From positions 1 through 50,389 of the forward strand of contig CAYVAZ010000002.1 of assembly GCA_964449065.1 (NCBI GenBank): 50,389 nt of DNA. Reading direction: 5' to 3'. The notes under the pieces were generated by a model, which was given only the letters and a program-made list of their open reading frames with translations, ran no database searches and was not told the DNA's origin. Position numbers and translations under genes: made by a program. Positions 38,176-48,708 of the stretch are shown here, piece by piece; positions within the stretch are counted from its first letter, which is position 1, and every line of letters begins with the position of its first letter. This DNA comes from an uncultured bacterium (GTDB lineage Bacteria; Hinthialibacterota; Hinthialibacteria; Hinthialibacterales; Hinthialibacteraceae).

Positions 38176-40682
38176 TTTTGTTTGATCGCAACCGGTTTAT
38201 CTTCTTCTTCATTATGTTCGTTTGAATCCGCTGCAGACGGGGGAGCAGGGCTTTGTTGAGCGGCTTGTTTCGCGGAGGGGTTTGATGAGAGCGGCTGTTT
38301 ATCGGAAGTCGGTTTTTCCGGATAGACAATTCGTTGATGCATTGTGTGCAGCAAGGATTCCGAAAACGATTGATACAGGGTATGCAAATCTTGCAGTGTC
38401 AAATTGCACTCATCAAACTGCCCGTCCATGAAGCGGTCATTAATGATTTTACGCACCAACTGCCGGATTTCCCGTTCAGACACATTTTCGAGCGTGCGTG
38501 AAGTTGCTTCCAATGCGTCGGAAAGCATAAGGATAGCCGTTTCTTTTGACTGCGGTTTCGGTCCGGGATATCGGAAATCCTTTTCTTTTACTGTCCCCTC
38601 TTTTTCCTGCTCCGCCAAGGCTTCATGATAAAAATAGGTCATCAATGTGGTGCCGTGATGTTCCGGTATAAAATCCTGAATAACTATCGGCAAATTGTAC
38701 TGCTTCGCGATTTCCAACCCGTGCTTGACGTGATTGCGAATGATCATGCAACTCATATTGGTGGATATTTTGGAGTGCTTGGCGCGGTCTGCTTTGGTAT
38801 GCTGATTTTCCACAAAATACTGCGGTTTCACCGTTTTGCCGATGTCGTGATAGTACGCGCCCACCCGGGTCAATAACGTGTTGGCTCCAATGGCTTCCGC
38901 GGCCGATTCCGCCAAGGTCGCCACTCGCATGGTATGCTGATAGGAACCGGGCGCGTCTTCCTCTAATTTTTTAAGCAGCGCGTTTCGCTGTGAAAGTTCC
39001 AGTAACTTAATATCGGTGGTGATGCCAAGCAGTTCTTCCAATACGGGGAGCAAAGCGACGGATAAGATCGCAACCAAACAGCCGTTTACGGCGGACCATA
39101 ACAAAGACCACTTTAGCGATTCTACGGCTGCGCCAAACGTTTGAAATTGTTCGGCATGAAACAATGTATGAGTAAAAATTAATATACTGCCGACCACAAT
39201 AACCACCCCGCCGGCCCGGTATAAATCGGTTCTTTGCCGGATTTTATGAATCGAAAAAATAGCACACCAGGCGGTTGCGGCGGCAACAACCACATTCAAT
39301 ATGGGGACATTATTCATCTGGCCGCTGAAGATGAACCCGCAATAGATCGCGGTTATGGAACAAATATAAATGGCAAAGCGGGAATCATACAATACGGTTA
39401 ATACAACTCCCAATGCGCCTACCGGTACCCCGTATTCCGCAAATTGAAACCGGTAAGATCCAATATCAACCAATGATAAATACGCGCTGACTTTGGCCAA
39501 AAACATGGTTAAAAATATGGTGAAAAAGATCACCAAAAAGGACCGCTCCGTAAACGAATTGACCGGATAGAAGTAGTAACAATATCCGGACACCATGAGC
39601 ACAAAAAAAATAGACAGCAGTAAATAACCGAACTCCGCCGGAGTGGAAATCGTCATCCTTTGCGCGATTTCTTCAATGATTATCATTTGGCGGGGAGTTA
39701 TCTCTTCTTGATATCCAACAATTATCTCCCCTTCAGAAATCCGTACGATGACTGGAGTAACCCGTTCCAGCCTTTCCTGCTTACGACGCTCCGTCAACTC
39801 TTGGTTGTAGGTAAGAGTGGGTCCGGCATACACGGCTTGAACTAGATCTTCGGCAAAGTGGGGTAATAAATGGCTTTTCGTTTCATCCGAAGAACCATTC
39901 TTCATTTGCAACAGCAAGCGTGTTAGAAATTGCTCGAACGTGAATATCTCCTGCCCCGAAAACGATACACGCTCTTCTCCATTCGGGTCGATAATTTGGA
40001 TGACTCCCGGTTCATTGTTTTTCGTACCGGAAGAGGAAACTTGAGCATTGCGAAGGGGAGAAATTTCGTTGGTAATGCCTTCGCCGATAGCCGTTTGGAT
40101 AGTTTCTCGTAGGGAAAGCCAAAGCGTGTTGTCGTCTCGATACTGGAACAAAAGTTCATAAAACGTTGTCCGGTTTGATTCCGAATCCACATTTGCAATA
40201 TCCACATTTGCAATATCAAAATTTTCAATATCATAGTTATGGTTGGGAAGAGAAAATGGGACTTGGGAGTTGATTTCTTCCCCCCACTCTTGAATACTCT
40301 GTCCTTCTTTCCGGTCAACTGAATGTACCGTCTGCTGAAGAATTTCAAGATTGGAGAGCAAGGCTTCCAACCGGTCCGGCTGATGATTGTAGACCGGATT
40401 CAATTTTTGTACCGCTTCTTTTTTCTTGGCATCGGTAGCGGATTCGTCTACAAATTCAAAGGCAAATGGAGCATAAACGGTACGGGGAGCCGGTTCATTC
40501 ACTTCCAAGCCTTGATAGTCCATAGCCATTTGAGGCCGGATTAATAAAAAGAGGAACAAAACCGCGCCGCCAAGAACAAAACAAATATTGCGGTTTTCGT
40601 TCAGACCAGCAAAAAAAAGAACGATCGTATTGACATACTTATTGTTCCAACGTTGATCTGAAGGATGCGTGGGTTTACTCAT
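38172..40682 (-). CDS. 7TM-HD phosphohydrolase (PgpH-like)
   Basis: Extracytoplasmic domain, TM block, APGSYQH, YYHDIGK, YFVENQ, EHHGTT, FRYPGPKPQSKE; lies between phoH and ybeY. Confidence 0.9.
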   Translation of the reverse strand: MSKPTHPSDQRWNNKYVNTIVLFFAGLNENRNICFVLGGAVLFLFLLIRPQMAMDYQGLEVNEPAPRTVYAPFAFEFVDESATDAKKKEAVQKLNPVYNHQPDRLEALLSNLEILQQTVHSVDRKEGQSIQEWGEEINSQVPFSLPNHNYDIENFDIANVDIANVDSESNRTTFYELLFQYRDDNTLWLSLRETIQTAIGEGITNEISPLRNAQVSSSGTKNNEPGVIQIIDPNGEERVSFSGQEIFTFEQFLTRLLLQMKNGSSDETKSHLLPHFAEDLVQAVYAGPTLTYNQELTERRKQERLERVTPVIVRISEGEIIVGYQEEITPRQMIIIEEIAQRMTISTPAEFGYLLLSIFFVLMVSGYCYYFYPVNSFTERSFLVIFFTIFLTMFLAKVSAYLSLVDIGSYRFQFAEYGVPVGALGVVLTVLYDSRFAIYICSITAIYCGFIFSGQMNNVPILNVVVAAATAWCAIFSIHKIRQRTDLYRAGGVVIVVGSILIFTHTLFHAEQFQTFGAAVESLKWSLLWSAVNGCLVAILSVALLPVLEELLGITTDIKLLELSQRNALLKKLEEDAPGSYQHTMRVATLAESAAEAIGANTLLTRVGAYYHDIGKTVKPQYFVENQHTKADRAKHSKISTNMSCMIIRNHVKHGLEIAKQYNLPIVIQDFIPEHHGTTLMTYFYHEALAEQEKEGTVKEKDFRYPGPKPQSKETAILMLSDALEATSRTLENVSEREIRQLVRKIINDRFMDGQFDECNLTLQDLHTLYQSFSESLLHTMHQRIVYPEKPTSDKQPLSSNPSAKQAAQQSPAPPSAADSNEHNEEEDKPVAIKQK
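40185..40214. repeat. Perfect 15-bp tandem duplication (in frame)
   Basis: atccacatttgcaat x2, encoding IANVD-IANVD. Confidence 0.9.
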
Positions 40683-41758
40683 GTTGTATCAAGTTGGACC
40701 GATGACGGCCTCAATCTTTTGCCAGGAGACAATGTTGTCGCCGGTATATTTTGCTGGTTACTTTCATACTGATCGTAAGCAAGAATAATTTTTTGAACCA
40801 ACGGATGCCGAACAACGTCATGTTGAGACATGTATACAAAATCGATCCCTTCGATTCCTTTAAGCATTTTTGATACTTCAATTAAACCGCTTTTTTTTCC
40901 GTTTGGCAAATCGGTTTGGGTAACATCACCCGTAATAATCGCTTTGGAGTTAAATCCTAACCGGGTCAAAAACATTTTCATTTGCGATTGCGTTGTATTT
41001 TGCGCTTCATCCAAAATCACAAATGAATTGTTCAGAGTTCGGCCGCGCATGAAAGCAAGAGGCGCGATTTCAACCACTTCTTGTTCAATGTACCGGTGCA
41101 CCAAATCCCCCGGAATCATATCATACAGCGCGTCATACAAGGGGCGTAAAAACGGATCGACCTTTGCCCGCAAGTCACCGGGCAAATATCCCAGCGACTC
41201 TCCGGCCTCCACAGCAGGACGAGTTAGAATGATACGTTTAATTTCTTTCCGCTGTAAACAAGAGACCGCAGCCGCCATGGCTAAATACGTTTTCCCTGTC
41301 CCGGCTGGACCAATTCCAAACACGATATCGTTTTGGGATATGGAGTTTAAATATTTGCGCTGTCCGAATGTTTTGGGTTTAATGGCCCCTTTTTTGCCGC
41401 GCAACGGCATGGTAATGGGAGAATATTCTTCTGAGGTAGGCTGTTGTTGTTTGCCTTTAGAGGCATCCAAGAGATACTCGACATCACGCCTTTGCACAGA
41501 ATCACCCTGACGAACCAATTTCAGTAGTTCTTCTACTAACGTGACCACTTGAGGAACTTCATCCGGCGGTCCGATGATTGATAATGAGTCTCCGCGTGAA
41601 ACCACTCGGGACTCGAAATGGTTATGGATCACGCGCAGGTTTTCATCCATTGCGCCGAATAACCGCTGGCTTTCATCCAGTGCGGAGAGAGGAATCAAAT
41701 GTTTGATTTCTTGAACAGACGCTTGCGTTTGAACCATAGTTTTCGCTACCTTCCCCAT
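40679..41758 (-). CDS. phoH: PhoH-family ATPase
   Basis: GPAGTGKT, RPAVEAGE, RPLYDAL, MRGRTL, DEAQN. Start may be 41737. Confidence 0.95.
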   Translation of the reverse strand: MGKVAKTMVQTQASVQEIKHLIPLSALDESQRLFGAMDENLRVIHNHFESRVVSRGDSLSIIGPPDEVPQVVTLVEELLKLVRQGDSVQRRDVEYLLDASKGKQQQPTSEEYSPITMPLRGKKGAIKPKTFGQRKYLNSISQNDIVFGIGPAGTGKTYLAMAAAVSCLQRKEIKRIILTRPAVEAGESLGYLPGDLRAKVDPFLRPLYDALYDMIPGDLVHRYIEQEVVEIAPLAFMRGRTLNNSFVILDEAQNTTQSQMKMFLTRLGFNSKAIITGDVTQTDLPNGKKSGLIEVSKMLKGIEGIDFVYMSQHDVVRHPLVQKIILAYDQYESNQQNIPATTLSPGKRLRPSSVQLDTT

Positions 41759-42092
41759 GATGAATGTAATAATGTAAGTAATTTATATTCAGTGCATTAT
41801 GTATTATATTTTTTTTAAAATCAGACGAAGGGTTAAAACCGGAACGATGGAGTGCTAATCGATTCGGCATTGAAAAACAGGCAAATATCTCTGAATGGTT
41901 TAGAAAATTCAAACGTGTTGTTGTGGGAACGGTTATATTTATCATATTCAATATTATAGATACGAAAATTTAGAATGTCAACGAAATTTCTTGTACGGAC
42001 AGATACAAATTACATTAACTGTAATTATCCCGAAAATTGTTTTAGTTGTGTTAGTGAGTTAAAAATAATCTGATTTTAATCAAATCATAGTC

Positions 42093-42120
42093 TTGATGCC
42101 TGGTTCAATTCATGTAAAAT
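42093..42120 (+). promoter_or_regulatory. Putative tRNA promoter
   Basis: TTGATG-16 bp-TAAAAT ending 12 nt before the tRNA. Confidence 0.4.
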
Positions 42121-42132
42121 TCGCAGTTGACA

Positions 42133-42205
42133 GGGGCTGTAGCTCAGCTGGGAGAGCGTTTGACTGGCAGTCAAAAGGTCTGGGGTTCGATCCCCCACAG
42201 CTCCA
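42133..42205 (+). tRNA. tRNA-Ala(GGC), CCA not encoded
   Basis: GGGGCTG/CAGCTCC-A acceptor with G3:U70; D-arm AGCTCAGCTGGGAGAGC; anticodon arm TTTGA-CTGGCAG-TCAAA; GTTCGATC T-loop. Confidence 0.97.
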
Positions 42206-42218
42206 TAACTGAAAACAC

Positions 42219-42253
42219 TGGACTTACGACAATTCCTTCGTAAGTCCATTTTT
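42219..42253 (+). terminator. Terminator-like hairpin after tRNA-Ala
   Basis: 11-bp stem tggacttacga / tcgtaagtcca followed by ttttt. Confidence 0.75.
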
Positions 42254-42493
42254 GTTTGAGTCACCAATCATTTACCAAAACCTTTAGAGAAATTCAAGTA
42301 TGAGTAAAGGCCTAAACCTATATGACTCGGCAAGAAGTCGATGTTCCCCTTCTATTCAACTCTGAAATACTTTAATTGACCATCAAAAATTTAAGGATAG
42401 GTGATTTCTTACCCATCCACTTGAAACGAATGGTATCTCTCTATTACATGCGTTGGAATAATGTTAGCTCACCCCTTATATAAACCTAAAAAC

Positions 42494-42524
42494 AGTGATT
42501 AGTGACCGGTGACGAGTGATAAGT
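42494..42524. repeat. Short heptamer tandem repeat
   Basis: agtgatt-agtgacc-ggtgacg-agtgata-agt. Confidence 0.5.
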
Positions 42525-43112
42525 CCAACGAATTCAAGAAATTCTACGATAGACCGCTCTCACCCTTTTGGTGATTATTTTTCAACTGCTCCGCATTTCA
42601 TAATTCTATTATATTCAAAAAGTTATGGCATACTTTTCAATAGCAACTGCTTTTATTAGTATAAAGGGTTGATTTAGCTTGATTTATGGATTTGTGTCGT
42701 TGATAGCGTGATCGCCCCCCTCTAATTGCGGTTGTAAAAACAACAAAAAGGTTTAACAATTGAAAATATTTTTTCGATCTTTTATTTCGTTGAGGACAGA
42801 CTACAAGGAACTTTTTTTCCGGTCCGTGAACCCTCTAAGGTGTTGCAAGTACGAAGTTAGACCATATATCAAATTTGCTTCACTTGTGATTTTGTTTTGA
42901 CTGCAATCCAGTAAAAAATACACAGTATTTTTTTTGCTTAAAAAAGATTGTCAAATTTCTTGTTCATTTCATTTTCGCTCTTATGAATGCAATATTTATA
43001 TTATATTTATTAATATTTATACATAGATAATTATTTCATTTAAAAGGTTGTGTATATTTTGTTCAAGACTAAACTATAACGAAAATACCATGATATAAGG
43101 AGATGAAAGAAT

Positions 43113-44555
43113 ATGGCTACAAAAATTGCTGTTGCGCATGGAGATGGGATTGGTCCGGAAATTATGGACGCTTGTTTGAAAATTTTTCAACAAGCGGGGG
43201 CTGATTTCGAAATTGATCCCATCGAAATTGGTGAAAAGGTGTATCTTAAGGGAAACTCGGCTGGGATTAAAGATGACGATTGGGAAAAACTGGTGCAACA
43301 CAAAATATTTTACAAAGCCCCCATTACAACCCCGCAAGGCGGCGGGTTTAAAAGCCTGAATGTGACGGTACGAAAAACGCTGGGACTCTTTGCGAATGTG
43401 AGGCCCGTAAAATCACTTCACCCTTTTGTTCACACAAAGCATCCGACCATCGATACCATAATCGTAAGAGAAAACGAAGAAGACCTGTATGCCGGTATAG
43501 AACACAGACAAACCGACGAGGTGTATCAATGCTTGAAATTAATATCCCGTCCGGGATGCGAAAAAATCATTCGGTTCGCGTTTGAATACGCCAAAAACGC
43601 GGGCCGCAAAAAAATCACTTGCATGACCAAAGACAATATCATGAAACTGACGGATGGCGCGTTTCATAAAATGTTTGATGAAGTGGCACAAGAATATCCG
43701 GACATTGAATCCGAACATTGGATAATCGACATTGGTGCGGCCAAATTCGCGGATAAGCCGGAGCTTTTTGATGTGATTGTATTGCCCAATCTGTATGGAG
43801 ATATCCTATCCGATGTCGCGGCTCAAATTGCGGGTTCGGTTGGCTTAGCGGGATCCGCCAACATCGGTTCGGAATGCGCTATGTTTGAAGCCATTCACGG
43901 TTCGGCTCCAAGAAGGGCGGGACAAAATGTCGCGAATCCCAGCGGATTGTTATTGGGCGGCATTCAGATGCTGAATTATTTGGGGGAAAATGAAATTGCT
44001 GAGAAGGTAGAAAACGCTTGGCTTTCAACCATAGAAGACGGCATGCATACTTATGATATTTTTGACGAACAAAGCAGCAAAAAAAAGGTTTCCACCTCCG
44101 AATTCGCGGATGAGGTCATTCAACGGTTAGGAAACAAACCACAAACACTCCCCCCGGTTTCGTACCCCAAAAATGCCAAAAAAATATCCGTAACGATTAA
44201 ACAAAGAACACCCCAGAAAAAAACGTTGGATGGTGTGGATATTTTTGTTTGTGAAAACAACCGAAACCCAAATGATTTGGGGGATAAACTGAATGCCGCA
44301 ACCAAAGATTCGCCATTGAATTTGGTGATGATTACCAATCGAGGTGTCAAGGTGTATCCAAAAGGCAATCCGTTAACCTTTAGCACGGATCACTGGCGCT
44401 GCCGCTTTATGCCGGAGAAAAACACGGCAATCGAAGGTCATCATATTGTTGAGTTGCAAGCACAAATCCAACAATCGAATTTTGAAATCATCAAGACGGA
44501 AAACCTGTATCGGTTTGACGGTGAACTGGGCTATTCTTTGGGACAGGGACAATAA
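43113..44555 (+). CDS. icd: NADP-dependent isocitrate dehydrogenase with C-terminal extension
   Basis: GDGIGPEI, KAPITTPQGGGFKSLNVTVRK, RENEEDLYAG, KDNIMK, NLYGDILSD, EAIHGSAP, MITNRGVKVYP. Confidence 0.93.
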   Translation: MATKIAVAHGDGIGPEIMDACLKIFQQAGADFEIDPIEIGEKVYLKGNSAGIKDDDWEKLVQHKIFYKAPITTPQGGGFKSLNVTVRKTLGLFANVRPVKSLHPFVHTKHPTIDTIIVRENEEDLYAGIEHRQTDEVYQCLKLISRPGCEKIIRFAFEYAKNAGRKKITCMTKDNIMKLTDGAFHKMFDEVAQEYPDIESEHWIIDIGAAKFADKPELFDVIVLPNLYGDILSDVAAQIAGSVGLAGSANIGSECAMFEAIHGSAPRRAGQNVANPSGLLLGGIQMLNYLGENEIAEKVENAWLSTIEDGMHTYDIFDEQSSKKKVSTSEFADEVIQRLGNKPQTLPPVSYPKNAKKISVTIKQRTPQKKTLDGVDIFVCENNRNPNDLGDKLNAATKDSPLNLVMITNRGVKVYPKGNPLTFSTDHWRCRFMPEKNTAIEGHHIVELQAQIQQSNFEIIKTENLYRFDGELGYSLGQGQ

Positions 44556-44562
44556 TTCATTC

Positions 44563-45447
44563 ATGAATTTTGTTTTCAATGATCGTCATCCTTACTTTCA
44601 AACAACGGTTGCGTTTCCCACATTGCACAAAAAAGAGCAGATTTTGCAGCCTCTTTTTGAACTGGTTTTTGACGCGAAATTACACGTGCCGAATGAAATC
44701 AATACCGATTCGTTCGGCACGTTTACTGGAGAAATCAAGCGGGAATCGGATGTAAAAAACGTGCTGAGAAAGAAAGCCATGGCGGGGATACAGAAAACCG
44801 GATTGCGGTATGGTTTGGCCAGTGAGGGAACCTTTGGCCCCCATCCCATGACCCCCTTTATGAATTGCAATCAAGAATCATTACTCTTTGTGGATACGGA
44901 GAGAAAAATCGAAATCTTCCACAATCATATCAGCACCAAAAACCAATCCGAATATGCGGAAATTGAAACAGAAAACGAGTTAGAGCAATTCTTAAATCAA
45001 ATCAATTTTGGACCGCAAGCGGTGATCGTAAAGCCCGGCAAAGAATGGGAGAAACAGCCGGAATGGATCTTCAAAGGGATAACAACACGCAAAGAAATTA
45101 AGCGCGCGATTCAACAGATTCACGCGACTTTTTCAAGAACAAAAGTCTGGATTGAGACCGACAACCGGGCTCACCTTAACCCGAAACGAAGAAACGTGAT
45201 CTGGGAATGCGGTAAAAAATTGGTGCAAAAAATGGAGGCCCTTTGTCCATCTTGCAACACGCCTGGTTTTGCTGTTTGCGGTTATATTCCAGGCCTTGTA
45301 TGCAGCCAATGCGGAAGGCTTTCCAATCATCCAAAAGAAGAAATTTGGCGCTGCCCAAACGTGGACTGCCCGTATCAAGAAATCAAACCTAGACTGGATG
45401 GCATCACGCAATTAGACCCTGGTGAGTGTGAGTGGTGCAATCCATGA
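44563..45447 (+). CDS. DUF6671-like protein with Cys-rich C-terminus
   Basis: ATG 7 nt after the icd stop; TLHKKE, NTDSFGTFTGE, ASEGTFGPHP, ETDNRAHLNPKR, CPSC/CSQC/CPNVDC/CEWCNP. Confidence 0.75.
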   Translation: MNFVFNDRHPYFQTTVAFPTLHKKEQILQPLFELVFDAKLHVPNEINTDSFGTFTGEIKRESDVKNVLRKKAMAGIQKTGLRYGLASEGTFGPHPMTPFMNCNQESLLFVDTERKIEIFHNHISTKNQSEYAEIETENELEQFLNQINFGPQAVIVKPGKEWEKQPEWIFKGITTRKEIKRAIQQIHATFSRTKVWIETDNRAHLNPKRRNVIWECGKKLVQKMEALCPSCNTPGFAVCGYIPGLVCSQCGRLSNHPKEEIWRCPNVDCPYQEIKPRLDGITQLDPGECEWCNP

Positions 45448-45519
45448 CTCTTTTCATTTGCAATGCCACATATAAAATACCTCACAAAATTTATTGAATA
45501 GGTATGGACATTACATCGC

Positions 45520-46608
45520 ATGAACAATTCGGATCGACGCTGTATTGGTTGTGAAATCTTACCACACAAAATCACGACACCAGGGAAGCTCTATGTATGG
45601 ACACCCACCTACCATACGCAGATTAAATTCGTGCAAGTTATCCGGCAGTGTGATTTGACCTACCATTTAGTAGAAAACAAAACCGTCATCGAAGTATTGA
45701 TCGATCAAAATCTCAATACGCTTACCGGTGAAATTCAGAAGAATTTTAGTTCCGAAGAAATGACCAATTCCCGTGTGGTATTTCTTGACGTGAACGAATC
45801 CATCACGATTGGTTCCCTGGGAAAAACGCAGTCATTGCTGGAATTCATCCATTTATCCAAATCGGATTGGTTGTTGGATATTTTAAACGAAAACCGTATG
45901 GTTACGTTTTTTCAACCGATTGTTCACGCGCAAGATCCAACCAATATTTTTGCGTACGAGTGTCTCTTGCGAGGTAAGACAAAAAATGACGAATTGATCT
46001 CTCCCTTTCAAATGTATTCCATTGCCCGAAATGCGAATTTGTTGTTTCAATTAGACCGAGCGGCACGAATGACTGCAATTGAAACGTCGGTTCATCAAAA
46101 TATTTCCAATAAACTGTTTATCAATTTCAATCCATCTTCCATTTATGATCCCAGTAATTGCCTAAAAACCACTATGGACCTTATGAACCAACTGAACCTC
46201 TCAACGTCATCCGTAATATTTGAAGTGGTTGAAACCGATAAAATAAACGATTATCATCACTTATCGAATATTTTAAAATTTTACCGGGATCATGGGTTTT
46301 CGATTGCGTTGGATGATGTCGGTTCAGGGTATTCATCACTAAATTTGCTTCCTGAATTGTCACCGGATTATGTGAAAATTGATATGGAACTGGTACGAAA
46401 CATTCATCAAGACAACACCAAAGCGGTTATCGTTGCTAAACTATTGGAAATTTGTCATGATTTAAACATTCAATGTATCGCGGAAGGCGTAGAAACCCAT
46501 GATGAATATACTTGGCTAAACGATCATGGAGCTGACTTTCTTCAGGGATATCTATTCGCCAAACCGAATGCCACCCCGCCTAGCAACCTAAATTTTACCG
46601 GCAAGTAA
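45520..46608 (+). CDS. EAL-domain c-di-GMP phosphodiesterase
   Basis: FQPIV, YECLLR, FINFNP, EVVE, LDDVGSGYSSL, VKID, EGVE, QGYLFAKP. Confidence 0.92.
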   Translation: MNNSDRRCIGCEILPHKITTPGKLYVWTPTYHTQIKFVQVIRQCDLTYHLVENKTVIEVLIDQNLNTLTGEIQKNFSSEEMTNSRVVFLDVNESITIGSLGKTQSLLEFIHLSKSDWLLDILNENRMVTFFQPIVHAQDPTNIFAYECLLRGKTKNDELISPFQMYSIARNANLLFQLDRAARMTAIETSVHQNISNKLFINFNPSSIYDPSNCLKTTMDLMNQLNLSTSSVIFEVVETDKINDYHHLSNILKFYRDHGFSIALDDVGSGYSSLNLLPELSPDYVKIDMELVRNIHQDNTKAVIVAKLLEICHDLNIQCIAEGVETHDEYTWLNDHGADFLQGYLFAKPNATPPSNLNFTGK

Positions 46609-46701
46609 AACGGAAATACTTCATCGGATGTTCATTCCACTTAGCATTCTGAATCGTTGGAAGATAATATAGAGATTTATTTCTATAGGTAGAGGAAAAA
46701 C

Positions 46702-48111
46702 ATGCCTAAAAATATCTACGAAAAAATTTGGGATTCCCATGTCGTTCATGAAGAAGATGATAAGGATACCGTTCTGTACATCGATTTACAATTGATTCAT
46801 GAAGTGACATCACCGCAAGCGTTTGAAGGCCTGCGCATAAACAACCGCAAAGTCCGCCGTCCGGAACGGACCTTCGCGACCATGGATCACAACATTCCAA
46901 CCACAGACCGTTCCCTGCCGATCAAAGACCAAATGTCCAAAATCCAGGTCGAAACCCTGATCCAAAACTGCCGGGAATATGGCATCACCTGCTTCGACAT
47001 GAATCACTCTAAAAACGGAATCGTCCACGTCATCGGTCCGGAATTAGGGCTAACTCAACCCGGCATGACCATCGTCTGCGGCGATTCCCACACATCCACT
47101 CACGGCGCTTTCGGCGCCCTGGCTTTTGGAATCGGTACCAGCGAAGTCGAACACGTACTTGCAACCCAAACCTTGCTGCAACAAAAATCCAAAACGATGG
47201 AAATCCGTGTAGACGGTTCCCTTCCCAACGGCATAACCGCGAAAGATGTTATCTTGGCCATCATCGGCAAAATCGGCACGAGTGGAGGGACCGGATACGT
47301 CATTGAGTACACCGGCAATGTCATCCGCCAACTCTCAATGGAAGGTCGAATGACCATCTGCAATATGTCTATCGAAGCGGGCGCCCGTGCCGGACTCATC
47401 TCCCCCGATGAGAAAACCATCGCATACCTCAAAGGGCGTGAGTACATCCCGCGAGACCGCTCTTGGGATGATTTGAAAGCCGAATGGCTTTCCTATGTCT
47501 CGGACAAAGGATGCCAATACGATGCCGTCATCGAACTCGACGCTTCTGAAATAGAACCTCAAGTAACTTGGGGCAGTTCGCCGGAAATGGTAACCAATAT
47601 CAGCGGCACCACACCCAAAATTGCTAAATTAGAGGGCAGCAACAAACAAGCTACCTATAAAAAAGGCTTGGAATATATGGGACTCGATGAAGGCGTTTCC
47701 ATTCAAGATATTTCTTTAGATAAAATCTTTATTGGCTCCTGCACCAATGCCCGCATCGAAGATTTGCGCGAGGCTGCGCGAGTTGTAAAGGGCTATAAAA
47801 TCAACCCCAACATCAAATTGGGTATGATTGTCCCCGGCTCGCATCAGGTGAAAGTCAAGGCGGAAGAAGAAGGTTTGGATCAAGTTTTTAAAGAAGCCGG
47901 GTTTGAATGGCGCGAAGCCGGTTGCTCAATGTGTCTGGCGATGAACGATGACGTTTTATCGCCGGGAGAGCGTTGCGCATCGACCTCAAACCGCAACTTT
48001 GAGGGACGCCAAGGCAAAGGCGGCAGAACCCACTTGGTCAGCCCCGCAATGGCAGCCGCCGCCGCTATAAAAGGACATTTCACCGATATTCGTGAATGGG
48101 AGTATAAATAA
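46702..48111 (+). CDS. leuC: 3-isopropylmalate dehydratase large subunit
   Basis: [60 protein letters not shown]. Confidence 0.97.
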   Translation: MPKNIYEKIWDSHVVHEEDDKDTVLYIDLQLIHEVTSPQAFEGLRINNRKVRRPERTFATMDHNIPTTDRSLPIKDQMSKIQVETLIQNCREYGITCFDMNHSKNGIVHVIGPELGLTQPGMTIVCGDSHTSTHGAFGALAFGIGTSEVEHVLATQTLLQQKSKTMEIRVDGSLPNGITAKDVILAIIGKIGTSGGTGYVIEYTGNVIRQLSMEGRMTICNMSIEAGARAGLISPDEKTIAYLKGREYIPRDRSWDDLKAEWLSYVSDKGCQYDAVIELDASEIEPQVTWGSSPEMVTNISGTTPKIAKLEGSNKQATYKKGLEYMGLDEGVSIQDISLDKIFIGSCTNARIEDLREAARVVKGYKINPNIKLGMIVPGSHQVKVKAEEEGLDQVFKEAGFEWREAGCSMCLAMNDDVLSPGERCASTSNRNFEGRQGKGGRTHLVSPAMAAAAAIKGHFTDIREWEYK

Positions 48112-48707
48112 TGGAACCGTTTTCCACACACAAAGGGATTGTAGCCCCGCTTGAAGCGTTGAACGTAGATACTGACCAAATCATCCCCAAGCAATTCTTA
48201 AAACGTATTGAACGCACGGGCTATGGTGACTTTTTGTTTTTCGACTGGCGCTATCAAGATGATGGAAAAACGCCCAATCCAGACTTCGAGATGAATGCCG
48301 ACCGCTACAAAAGCGCCAGCATTTTGTTGACCAAAGACAACTTCGGATGCGGCTCATCCCGTGAACACGCACCGTGGGCGTTAAACGATTACGGTATCCG
48401 AGTCATTCTGGCTCCCAGCTACGCTGATATTTTCTTCAACAACTGCTTTAACAATGGTATGCTGCCAATCATCCTTCGTTCTGAGACGATTGAGCAGTTA
48501 TTTAATGAAGTACGCGCAACCGAAGGTTACACGCTGGATGTTGATCTTGAAAACCAACGCATCACCAAACCCGATGGCAGCCCGATTTCATTTGATATCG
48601 ATCCCTTCAAAAAATACCGGTTGTTGAATGGGTTGGATCAAATCGGCATGACCCTGCTGCACGAAGACAAAATCACAGCCTACGAAGAACAAAGAGGGAT
48701 TGCTTAA
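48111..48707 (+). CDS. leuD: 3-isopropylmalate dehydratase small subunit
   Basis: [34 protein letters not shown] overlap with leuC. Confidence 0.97.
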   Translation: MEPFSTHKGIVAPLEALNVDTDQIIPKQFLKRIERTGYGDFLFFDWRYQDDGKTPNPDFEMNADRYKSASILLTKDNFGCGSSREHAPWALNDYGIRVILAPSYADIFFNNCFNNGMLPIILRSETIEQLFNEVRATEGYTLDVDLENQRITKPDGSPISFDIDPFKKYRLLNGLDQIGMTLLHEDKITAYEEQRGIA

Positions 48708-48708
48708 T

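Noticed and set aside
40830..41510. Long antisense ORFs (this 226-aa one, and others such as 14759-15244 and 35344-35910)
   Set aside because: They lie fully opposite well-supported genes and have no recognisable motifs.
41860..41920. c-di-GMP-I riboswitch (GGCAAA seed)
   Set aside because: The downstream GNRA/GCAAA elements and second stem are missing.
42041..42267. 60-aa minus-strand ORF at 42085-42267
   Set aside because: It is the antisense shadow of tRNA-Ala.
44446..44562. N-terminal extension of the DUF6671-like ORF
   Set aside because: It overlaps icd by over 100 bp; the ATG at 44563 fits better.
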